A stretch of DNA of 63,876 bases, counting the filler, from Octopus bimaculoides (lineage: Eukaryota): assembly GCF_001194135.2 (NCBI RefSeq). It is 6 parts of 5 records of this genome, joined end to end, with 100 filler letters (N's around TTAATTAATTAA, not from the genome) between each part and the next. Parts side by side here need not be neighbours in the genome. Positions count along the whole stretch, not along the records: positions 5,166 to 14,995 come from NC_068986.1; positions 15,096 to 40,934 come from NC_068995.1; 4 more parts are not named here. One strand, given 5' to 3'. The notes below the pieces were generated by a model, which was given only the letters and a program-made list of their open reading frames with translations, had not been told where the DNA came from and searched no databases. The position numbers were made by a program, and so were the translations under genes. Below, piece after piece: positions 13,944 through 25,860 of this stretch. The first letter of the stretch is position 1, and every line of letters starts with the position of its first letter.

Positions 13944-14429
13944 GTGAGAGAAAGAAAATACTACTTTTCTTCAGTGTTAAGCAGAATTGACATTATCGAA
14001 AATTCACCCGCAAATACACCACCTGCTTCGCGAGCCAACCATTAACCATTTATGCTGTCATCCGACTGCTAGAAATAACAGCCATGTTACCCCCTCATAT
14101 AATACCCAACTGGTTTTAACAAGAAAGAGACATATTGAACAGAGTAGCCATAGAAACCTCTAATATACGTATGCTCACGGCTAGAATGCCATTGGTATAC
14201 TCACAGCTCGCTCGACTAGGACCGCTCTGAGATTAAGCACCACAGCAACCATTTGCACGTTACACTTTGACTTTAACTAAAATGTCATAGAGCCCAACTG
14301 ATAATAAGCTGGGTAGTCGAGGTCTTCAACCCGGAAGTAACCATCAGAAGCCATCTATATCCACATCGTTTTCTTTACCCATTTATTCGTGGCAATTGTA
14401 CTTTGCCTGCCCTGTGTATCACGTGTCAT

Positions 14430-14690
14430 AAAACGATAGGATAAACGTCCTTTCCGAGTCATATAAACTCATAGGGACGCTTTCCCGGTTTCCGTGGCGT
14501 ATATATTCTCCCATCTGGACGAGACACCGGTCTGTCACAGGTACAACTCATTTTTACGAGCTGAGTGGATTGGAGCAACGTGAAATGAAGTGTGTTTTGC
14601 TCAAGAACACAATGTGTCGCCCGATCCAGGAAGTGAAACCAAAATCTTACAACCATGAGTTCAACAACCTAACCACTAAGCCATACGCCT
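14430..14690 (-). mobile_element. SINE of a third family
   Basis: tRNA-like head on the minus strand (ggcttagtggttagg); gagcaacgtgaaatgaagtg..gctcaagaacac also seen near 49277-49320. Confidence 0.6.
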
Positions 14691-14955
14691 TTACATCATA
14701 TTTGATATATGGGACGTATTTCCCTGGCGCCCATGCATCATGTATGAAACACATAATCAATTTTTTTCAACTACCTGAGTAACTTGGAATTCATGACGGA
14801 AAACGCTGTTATAGTGTTGCTTACGTCTAGGAAAGTCCTGAGTAAACAAACCTAAAATCAAAAGCACTGTAGCCCCGATCAGTTCGTTCTTCGGGTTTAA
14901 CATAACTACGAATAAATTATCAAATGTGTCTTTCACTTTTTCACTATAGGGGAGG

Positions 14956-14995
<40 letters not shown>

Positions 14996-15527
14996 NNNNN
15001 NNNNNNNNNNNNNNNNNNNNNNNNNNNNNNNNNNNNNNNTTAATTAATTAANNNNNNNNNNNNNNNNNNNNNNNNNNNNNNNNNNNNNNNNNNNNATATA
15101 TATATATATATAATACATACATACATACAAATATATATTTATATAATAGAGTAAAAAATTGGATGTATATGTATGTATATGTATGTGCGTGTGTGTGTGT
15201 GTCTGTGTGTATATATGTATGTGTGGGTGTATGTGTATTGGAGATTCCTTTCATTATAAAAAATAGGAGCAAAACCAATACCAACAACAGAAATGGTATA
15301 GTTTTTTTTTTTCAAGTATAGGAATGTAGTTTCTTTTTGTTTTTGTCATTCCAAAGAATAATGGAAACAAGCAAATAAAAATAACAATTTAACAATAAGA
15401 AAAGAAAGAAAAAAATTGGAAATATTCATCAAATTATATAAAGCATGTAAAAAAAAAGTGACAACATGGATAAAGATAACTAACCAAACACAAATAGAGA
15501 GAGCGACAATAGAAATACCTACAGGAA

Positions 15528-15571
<44 letters not shown>

Positions 15572-15649
15572 CACTACCACTACTCCTACTACACATAATA
15601 ATAGTAATAATAATAATAGTAGTAGTAGCAGTAGTAGTAGTAGTGGTAA

Positions 15650-15689
<40 letters not shown>

Positions 15690-15939
15690 TATGAGGGCAC
15701 TGACGATGATGATCATAATGATGATGATGGTGCTATTTAGCTATATTCACTACAAAAACTTTAATGACCTACATCAAATAGAAATAAATATAAGTATTTG
15801 TTACACACAGAGACACACAGACACACACACACAGAAGACTTCTAACAAACAAATCAGTAAGCAAATGAAGTACCACACACACACACTTACACGCACATAC
15901 ACATACGCACATACAAGCACGCATAGACGCATATATATG

Positions 15940-15974
<35 letters not shown>

Positions 15975-16017
15975 TTGTATGTATGTATGTGTGTGTGTAT
16001 GTATGTATGTATGTATG

Positions 16018-16095
<78 letters not shown>

Positions 16096-17419
16096 TGCAT
16101 ATATATGTATATATAAGTGCATCTATATATATATATACATATATATATACATATACATATATACACTGACATATTATACATATATGTGTGTGTGTGTGTA
16201 CATACACGGACACATGTTTATATGTTTATGTGCATGTGAGATATATGCCTGTGTATGTATAAGATGCTCATCTTGTTCCCTTCTGTTTAACTGTGTAACT
16301 TCAATATATCTGCCAGGTTCCTATGTCTTACAAGTAAACACCGCCCTGTGTCAGCCATCGTCATCACCAACTACTCAATAAAAATAATGTCAAAGTTAGT
16401 TATAGTTGAACCATAAATCCGCATACTGCCATAATCATGATCAACAACAGAAAATCCATATATTGATATATTCCAAACCCATCACTTCAATAAAACTGCA
16501 CTAATACGACGTCCTGTCCTCAGGGTGTCACAAAGCCAACTGTGTGCCGTGGAATGATGACTTTCACAGACGCTGTGGAAAAACGCTTTATTGGATTATT
16601 GAAAGCACTTTTAACAAAAAGAAAACTCGGCACAAAAATATTCCTTCAAGAATTTTAACAAACGTAACTGTTTCATTCTGATTGTTAACTGGTGTATCGC
16701 TGAAAGAAACCAGATAATGGTGAAGATGATGATGATGACGATGATGATCTTGATGATGATGATGATGATGATGATGATGTATACATTGATGTATGTTTTG
16801 TTTATCAGAAACATTTAATATTTTAACACTAAATTGTGACGACTTAAACAAGTCTGAGCTGATCTCCACCTGCCGTCACAAAAAAAAAAATGTAACTGTT
16901 AAGGTACTTAATCACCTTCACCAGACAATGTTGACTAAGCTGAAACTTAGAAATAACTCTCAGTTTTTTTCTTGTGAAAGTAAGTGTCATAATTTACTGA
17001 AATATATTGAACAATCCTTGAATTTCTGTTTTTTTGCATATAAAATGTAAATAAAAACATTAAAACACACATATACCTGTTTTTCATACTTGTGCTTGTT
17101 TATTATTTAATGCATTGGTGTATGACTGGCTGACCGTCGTAACGTATCCCACAAAACATGTGAATAGCTGATGGGGGTCTGGTCTTTTGCTTCTTTTAGA
17201 AGAGGCAGGTTTTGCTGGTGAGAAGGTCCCTCTGCTACCAACACTCACACCAACAAAGTCTGGAGATGCAGTGGATGATGAAGAGTAGGCACACACTGAG
17301 GCAGTGATATCTTTAGAACCTCCGTGACCTCCATGACTCTTAAGGGAGCGCCACTCTATGTAGTTCTCCATTTTGAGATTCTTTCTTGCTATTTTGTTTT
17401 ATCTAAGAAATCATTATTA

Positions 17420-18115
17420 CTCTTTATTCTTTCAAATTCCGCCGAGGTCCACTTCACTTTTTTCATCCTTCCAGGATCAATAAAATAAGTACTAGCTGAA
17501 CACTGGGGTCGACCTAACCCCTTCTCTGAAATTGTTGGCCCTGTGCCAAAATTTGATACTGTTATTACTCTTTATTCTTGGCTTTTAATTGTTACCGAAG
17601 ATTTTATTTGATGCCACCTCCCTTCCCTAGCTTTCATGTTTTTGTAGGCGTCTTGTGTCATTGCAGCCCACAAAAGAAACCATTATTATTAACATGGCGA
17701 TAGATCGACAAACTCGGTAGATTGTCCAGCAATATGTCCTGTGTTACTTGTTCCGCCTCTTTACCTTCTGAGTTCAAATCCCACTCAAATCAACTTTGCT
17801 TTTCATCTCTCTGCGATCAATAAGATAAAGTACCAATCACGTACTGGAGTCGACAAAATTCCCCCTTCAAAAGTGCTGGTCTTGTACTTAAATCAGAAAT
17901 CGGTATTATGATGATAATCATCGCGTTTGATTGACAGAATCAGTAGAGCATAGGAGAATATGCTTGCGGTAGTTGTTACGGGTCTTTGCTATCTGAGTTC
18001 AAATATTGTTGAAGTTAACATTGTCTTTCATCTCCCAGGCATCAATAAAATGAAATACTAATCACAAAGACCGATATATCCCCAATTTTCCTGGCCTTGT
18101 CCGGTATAAGAATAT
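17420..18115 (+). mobile_element. Cluster of three diverged family B SINEs
   Basis: Copies at about 17420-17560, 17700-17905 and 17930-18115. Confidence 0.7.
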
Positions 18116-20527
18116 TACTATTAGTCTTTGAATTAACATCCTGTTCTGTTTTCATATTCTTGCAAATATTTCCTTTATGTGTATTTATATCAACACTTCA
18201 ATTGCTGTTTGTTTGTTTATTTGCAATCATGTAAATTACGCAAGTATTGACAGTGAGATGTTATCATTATGTCATATACTGCTTCCCTTCCTCCACCTCA
18301 AAATTACCTTTGTAATGCTTTGTTTAGTTTCGTAAAGACAGATAATGTTTACTACAACATCTTACGGACATCTTAACTGTTATACTCTTTATGTCTGTCA
18401 ACGAACTAAATCTTTACTGCAGATATAAAATCACCCACAGAATATCATCAGCAAATTTGTTATTGTATGTCAGTGTTGCCGAGCTTGTTATGTTTAACGA
18501 ATAATATCAGTTTATAATGTAGAAATATATACACTTGTTTTGTATTGGGCGCTTTTCTTGATTCTAAATTTCAAACATATTTGGGTCTCAGTTTGCATTC
18601 TTTGTCTTTATTTGCATTCCTTGCATTTCATTTATGTCGCTACAGATTTTGGAAACAGTATGCAAGTTACAACACTTCTTCTGCCAACCCAATCACAAAA
18701 CTTTTTCTGAAATCTCCATGGTTGATCCTAGTGGATACCTCAAACCAATGAAGTTCAACTAAATATCAATATCGTATCATTGCGCTGAATAAATCGATCA
18801 TTCTTCTCCCACTTCAACTCTCTCTTTCACTTACTCTCTCTTTCACTTACTCTCTCTTTCTCTCCCGTCTCTGTCGCACAAACAGTAATATATTGACACT
18901 GATGCGTGAATTAATGGATGAATGAATGAATGTGAATGAATCAATAAATAGATGATATAGGTTGAAATCACTGTTGTTGTTCCATTGTTCGCTATTATTG
19001 TTCAGTGAGCCAGAAAAGATTTATCAAACACCATTCCACAAATAGATTGATTATCTAAAAGTCGTTTTCCATATTGTCTCCAACACAGAACCAACCGTTC
19101 ACCAATTGTCCATATAGATCAGAGATGCTTGATAACCTCTTTGAAACTGGAGAAAAATATATCGCAACTGATTGGATACATAGAAAATGTGATACGTTTC
19201 ATTCTGTACTTTTATTCTTTCACTGGTTTCAAGCATTGGACTGCAGTCATGCTGGGCACCGGCTTCATTGGTTTTAATCAATCATGTTGACCCCAGTAAT
19301 TATTTCATCTCCTATACGTATTTTATCGATTTCTGTTTATCAAATGATTANNNNNNNNNNNNNNNNNNNNNNNNNNNNNNNNNNNNNNNNNNNNNNNNNN
19401 NNNNNNNNNNNNNNNNNNNNNNNNNNNNNNNNNNNNNNNNNNNNNNNNNNNNNNNNNNNNNNNNNNNNNNNNNNNNNNNNNNNNNNNNNNNNNNNNNNNN
19501 NNNNNNNNNNNNNNNNNNNNNNNNNNNNNNNNNNNNNNNNNNNNNNNNNNNNNNNNNNNNNNNNNNNNNNNNNNNNNNNNNNNNNNNNNNNNNNNNNNNN
19601 NNNNNNNNNNNNNNNNNNNNNNNNNNNNNNNNNNNNNNNNNNNNNNNNNNNNNNNNNNNNNNNNNNNNNNNNNNNNNNNNNNNNNNNNNNNNNNNNNNNN
19701 NNNNNNNNNNNNNNNNNNNNNNNNNNNNNNNNNNNNNNNNNNATATATATATATATATATAACACATACACATCCTTCTTGCAGCACCAGTTCAAAGACT
19801 TGCTTCACTAACTCTCACACCTCTGATCCGCTCTAGAAAAATGCTCAGCTGACGTTTTGTATGATGCCCATCCTCTGTTTTACGTCATCAGTCTAACTGA
19901 TGACTTATACTCTCCTTCGACATCTGCCCTGGATAATTCCAAACATGGTGTTGTTAGAGACTAATAAATGGCTGACAATATAAATGGCTAGGCTGAGAGG
20001 GTTGCCTACTTTGTATTGAATCTATTTGTCAGAGGTGTGGGTAGTCCAAGGTACTCACATCCTTCAACGGTGGCCTCACAACTCGAAGGTACTGAAAGTG
20101 CACTGTTATTAAGGTTTTAGTTGCAACGACTCTTCAGTCATTGTTACTTTGTGACGCGCAGCTGTACAGAATCACTAAGAAAACCAGTGATTTTAGGACC
20201 GATCTTTGTGTTGTCTGTCTTCTTTTTACTTACGAGCAAACTAACTATACTATGAGCAGCACATACTCAGACTCGGCGGGTCTCCTTGCTGCTGTGATAG
20301 TTCCTATAGATGTAGATATGAAGATATGCACATATTTCCACTAACTCTATCAAGTGATCGTCTACATGAACTATTCGGTAATTATCGCCCCATCACTGAC
20401 AACTATCTTAGTCTCGTCGGTGTTTTAGGTGTAGACCTTACGTGACGTGTTTTAGGCGAGGCAACAAATTCTTGTACTCCCTATCGTTGATTATAAGATG
20501 GTATTGTCGGCATATTGCAGGCCTCGA

Positions 20528-20562
<35 letters not shown>

Positions 20563-20658
20563 AACACCGTGGGTCTATCAGCCGCTACCAAATTCAAACT
20601 ACGACGAACATGGCGTTAAAACCGATAATTTTAAACTAACGGAGACAACACTCGTATA

Positions 20659-20762
20659 TCGCCTGAGGAAACACAACTAGATCTCATTACGCGAATAAAC
20701 AGTTCCATAATCAAATACCTCTATTCTTGGAGAACTACGTTGTGTTGAAACAATTGTAGTGA
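20659..20762 (+). ncRNA. Minimal type I hammerhead ribozyme motif (Penelope/retrozyme-like)
   Basis: Stem I TCGC/GTGA; core CTGAGGA 20663-69; stem II AACACAAC 20670-77 with GTTGTGTT 20739-46; GAAAC 20747-51; palindromic loop AATT; GTA cleavage triplet 20756-58; AATAAA just downstream. Confidence 0.75.
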
Positions 20763-20954
20763 ATAATAAATAAATGTACAACTGTACTTCTTCTTGACTC
20801 CAGTCTCTTCAATTTTACATTCACACACGAGGAATGGCTAAAGTTAAACTTGAAAGTATATAATAATACTAACGATAGTACTGAGTAATTCTGAAGGCGG
20901 ACTAGGTTTATACTGTACTCTACCACGTTCCCAACGGAATACAACATAACTATG

Positions 20955-20996
<42 letters not shown>

Positions 20997-21420
20997 ATAA
21001 GCTATATTTTATGGTATGTGGTGTGCTATATATAATACTATCTCAAGATAACCCCTGCCTAACTAGTCTGACTTCATCCTATTTTGGTGATTACACTATT
21101 TTCCTTTCTATGGTGTTCTACCCTACTGATCATATGTATATTTGTAGAGACTTTATGTAAGTAAGTCTCTATTCGACTAAATCATATACCTTCTAGAAAC
21201 TATAAAATCATACACACAATAGCACCTGTAACATTATAGCTTATAAAATCTCTTCGGTCTGAATACCTTTAACTTCCCTCACTACCCCCGCGTTTCGGGT
21301 TACCTTTATCTCTTCCCTACCACAAACTTTAAACCCCTGTCTCTTTAAATGTAGGTCATATGTATTTCTTATTATTTTCTATAAATTTCTTATTTTGTTT
21401 TCTTATTTTAATATCCTTAC

Positions 21421-21722
21421 CTATTAACTTCTTATCCCTTATAAATTGTTACTTTTCTTGTTCTTAAATAGATATTTTTCAGTTACTTAAGTCTATGCGA
21501 GATGGTTATACTATATCCATATAGACGTATAAATATTTGTGTCTGTGTGTATGTGCATATATGTACATAAACTATTAACCTCTTATCCCTTATAAATTCT
21601 TACTTTTCTTGTTCTTAAATAGATATTCTTCAGTTAAGTCTATGCGAGATGGTTATACTATATCCATGTAAGCGTATAAATATTTGTGTATGTGTATATG
21701 TGCATATATGCACATATATAAA
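21421..21722. repeat. Tandem duplication of a ~150-bp unit
   Basis: ctattaac..cttatcccttataaatt..gtctatgcgagatggttatactatatccat starts at 21421 and again at about 21571. Confidence 0.85.
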
Positions 21723-22610
21723 TGTGTGTGTACCTGTATGTATCTTTACTTTTTTCTGATTCATGGCTTAAAATTAATTGCATGTATATCGTTCCAGTTA
21801 TTCCCTGATCAGTCTTTATAGAAACCACCTAATAAGTAATTAAGTATATGAATGAATATTAAACTGATTCTATGTAATATTTCCTTTTTAATGTTTATAA
21901 TTGATATATACACACATTTTACCTATTTTGGTTATGATATCATTTTTGAAATTCTTAAATTTATTTTTATACAACATAACAATATTGTTCATAAACAATC
22001 ACCCATAGTGCCCCAAAATAAAATTTCCTCTGTATTAACATCTTAGGTTTCTTAGCGTCTTGCCCCTTTAACTGGTAATTAACATCATGATTTAAAGTCT
22101 TCCCCTACCCAGCCTCTTTTTGTAGACAGTTACTTATATCAAATTGACTACTCCTAATGTCTTCTTTCCTCTCTGAAGAAAAGGGATACATATGATAATA
22201 TTTATGACCATACTTAGCCATGAGCAGTCAACACACTCTTGTCCACTATTCAAAATAGACACAGTCTTCTAGTCTTAGATTTAGTAGTTGATAAAGAGAT
22301 AAATGAATTAAAAATGAATTACAATCCCTTACAACACTATGACTCCAATAGGCTTCATGCGATTCTTGGAAGTGTGGTCTGTTTTTAGCTACAATAACGA
22401 CAACGTGAATTTCTTCTATCTTCTTGCTCTGTTAAAATATTTGAGAAAAGTCATTTTAATATGTCCTAATTGTTAAAATTCTATTTATTTATTTGTTCAG
22501 CTGAAGATGGCACGGCATTGAAAATGATGCAATGATTGCATTGTTCAATTAAATGGAGTTGCTTGAAACGGTCGTACTGCACCACTACTTGATAATCCTG
22601 TTGCTTATTT

Positions 22611-22665
<55 letters not shown>

Positions 22666-23680
22666 AAAAGATCGTAATGTATGTTTGTGTGTGTATGTGT
22701 GTGTGTGCGTGTGCGTGTGTGTGTGTGTGAGTGTGTGTGTGTGTGTATGTCTGTGTGTGTGTGTTGCCTATTTTCTCTTTTGATAGTTTCAATCATTGGA
22801 CTGCGGCCATGCTGGGGCCTTGAAGATTATTTTAGTCGGACAAACTGCTCTTATTTTTTAAAATATGGTACTCATTCTAGAAGCCCTCTTGCAATGTTGC
22901 AGTCGGAGACAGACAGGCCATATTAGTTCGTATGGAAGATGAGAAAATTCTCAAGTATTTACTTTATGGAGGACTGAATCCTGCAAAAAGACCTCCTTAC
23001 AAACCAAAATTACGATACAAATGACTGCCGTAAATCCTATCAGAAAACAGGTAATTCATGTAGAAATTTGGGAAATAATTGCAATTAATAGAGTAACATG
23101 GAGAAAAAATATATATTGAATGTGTCCTTGTATTTTGAAGAAAATCTCATGAAACACGCAAAACAGAACGCGATGACAAGAAAGAAAATGCTCCGTAGAT
23201 ATTTATAATCCCTTCTAATATTCAACGTGTCATTTTAATATTGGTTGGTCTTTTCAGCCACTCAAGAGTACATATACTGAGGCAAGCTAATTCTTCCACC
23301 TGGAAGAAGATACGTCAGCCAATCATGAGAGAAACACCGTGTTTGTATCGGTGTTCGTCTAAATAAGCTTATGTCTGTGTCCAGTGCTAAATGTTATGAT
23401 TCAGCATTGCATTTAACTGAGAAGAGACAGCTTTGTAGTAGTTGTGGTATAAGCTGTATATCATCAACTGAGATAAAACGTCATCTTATCTGTGAAGCTA
23501 ATTTCGAAACACTAGTCACACGCATTACTGAGTCAACCTCTATCATCGTCATCATCATCATCATCATCATCACCACCATCAGCACCAATAGCAGCACTAT
23601 CAGCGCCACCACCATCACCAACACCAGGACCAGCAACACCACCATCGTCGTCGCCAAAATTTCGTAGGTCTCTCTCTTTC

Positions 23681-23728
<48 letters not shown>

Positions 23729-24095
23729 NNNNNNNNNNNNNNNNNNNNNNNNNNNNNNNNNNNNNNNNNNNNNNNNNNNNNNNNNNNNNNNNNNNNNNNN
23801 NNNNNNNNNNNNNNNNNNNNNNNNNNNNNNNNNNNNNNNNNNNNNNNNNNNNNNNNNNNNNNNNNNNNNNNNNNNNNNNNNNNNNNNNNNNNNNNNNNNN
23901 NNNNNNNNNNNNNNNNNNNNNNNNNNNNNNNNNNNNNNNNNNNNNNNNNNNNNNNNNNNNNNNNNNNNNNNNNNNNNNNNNNNNNNNNNNNNNNNNNNNN
24001 NNNNNNNNNNNNNNNNNNNNNNNNNNNNNNNNNNNNNNNNNNNNNNNNNNNNNNNNNNNNNNNNNNNNNNNNNNNNNNNNNNNNNNNNNNNNNNN

Positions 24096-24127
<32 letters not shown>

Positions 24128-24901
24128 CGATACACATATTTACATATTATGTACAAGTACCTATATATAAATCTCCACCTGCAATGTTGAGATCGCCTTA
24201 CTGTAATTATTAATAAATATTGTCATGTGATCTAATCCACAAACAATGTGACTGAAAGTAAATATAGATAAGTGTTCATGTAGTATATAAAACTGTAGCG
24301 TCACACAAAATTGAGTTTATATTATTGCAAAATGACAAAGTAAGTGAACGAGGGATGATGTGTAACCGTTCAGAATACTAGGGTTAATTTACAATGGTCG
24401 TGTTATGTGACTAGCTAGGGCTGCTGATTTTGGTTTAAGCTACGATGGCTTGTAACAGTAACTTAGGCTCCCATTGAAATCTTCAATATTTATAGAATTT
24501 ACCAAAGATGGTTTAGTTTTAGCGAACTGTGATGCTGAGGCGTCGTTGTCAAATAGTTAACTGGATAGCTGAAATGATTGTTGCAAAGATAATAAGTCTG
24601 TATAGCTGTTCTGTGTACATGTTGACGCAAGAGAACTGGTTTACTCAAGTGGTTGTACAACTGTTTACAGGTTAGTCTGTGTAAAAGCAAAATTCACAGA
24701 TAAAAAACGTTCAGAAAAGGCAATTGAAAAATCTGAGGATTGTTAAGTCAGAGCTAGGGACAAGATTTAGAGAAAAGCGAATGTGTGTAGATAAAAAGGA
24801 AAAGAAAAATAATTCTTTCTTTTGTAATGATTTTCAAAATAATTTCTTTTCATACCAGTGTGTCTCAGGAATAGATCTGTCGACCCAAGTTCAAATCTAG
24901 G

Positions 24902-24949
24902 AAGTGACACTTCAAAAGTGACACTTCAAAAGTGACACTTCAAAAGTGA
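24902..24949. repeat. 14-bp minisatellite, about 3.4 copies
   Basis: (AAGTGACACTTCAA)3 AAGTGA. Confidence 0.9.
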
Positions 24950-25522
24950 TAGTTCTTTTTACAAAAGAAATCAAAGTAGAAAAGCAATAGGTTTAGCGGA
25001 ATTTTCGACTATTATCATGCTGTGTTGGTTCAAATGCGCCAGTTGAAAAGAATTACGTATCACTTGATTTAAATTTAAGCGTAAAATATGTCGGTAAGAG
25101 TTCGATATATTGTGTCCCGTTTCAGTGCAGGTGATTTGCCACGGAATTTTCTCTCTTTTCCAATTAATAAAAATTTCGGGCTTGTTGCAAAGATAATAAG
25201 TGGCGGTGGCAGTGGTGGTGTTGTTGCCAGACCGGATTTCGTAAACATCTGTTTTTACTCTCTTTATTACAACAAAACAAAAAGTGTTAATGACTTTAAA
25301 ATATTCATGCTCACTACATCATGTTAACACTGCTTACATTAATTATGTTAATACTGACAACATTATGTGAACACGCTCAACATTCATTGTGTTAATACTG
25401 ACTACATTAATTATGGTAACATGGATTACATTATGTTGACAGTTACCTAAGCCCTCCAGTATTTAGAGACGTTATCTAAGACGGTAACTAATTAACTGTA
25501 TCATTAGAGTGTCGGATAGGGC

Positions 25523-25860
25523 ACCGAGCTGGAGAATCATTAGCACGCCGGGCAAAATGCCGAGCGGCATTTCGTCAGTCTTTGTGTTCTGAGCTCAAAT
25601 TCCGCTGAGGTCGACTTTCCCTTTCATCCTTTTAGGATCGATAAAATAAGTACCAGTTGAGCACTGGGGTCGATGTAATCGACTAATCCCTAGCCTCGAA
25701 GCTGCTGGCCTTGTGCCAAAATTTAAAATCATCATTAGAGCGTCGGATAAAATACTTTGTGGATTTCATTCTGATGCTCTGCGCACAGAGTTCAAATCAC
25801 ACTGAGGTGAACTTTACCTTTCAACATTTTGGGGCGACCGAATCAGTTTACTGGGGTGAA
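25523..25860 (+). mobile_element. Family B SINE followed by a second degenerate copy
   Basis: gagctggagaatcattagcacgccgggc..gctggccttgtgccaaaattt, then a second gagttcaaat..gaactttacctttca. Confidence 0.8.

Noticed and set aside
16540-16700. ATGATGA (C-box-like) with a downstream CTGA
   Set aside because: The spacing is too long and there is no terminal stem, so a snoRNA is not supported.
19885-19905. GTCATCAG-tctaa-CTGATGAC hairpin containing CTGATGA
   Set aside because: No GAAAC or stem II follows, so it is not a hammerhead.
20101-20520. ~130-codon open frame when the sequence is read backwards without complementing
   Set aside because: No recognisable protein, and a frame of this length is expected by chance in 64 kb; kept only as part of the composition finding.
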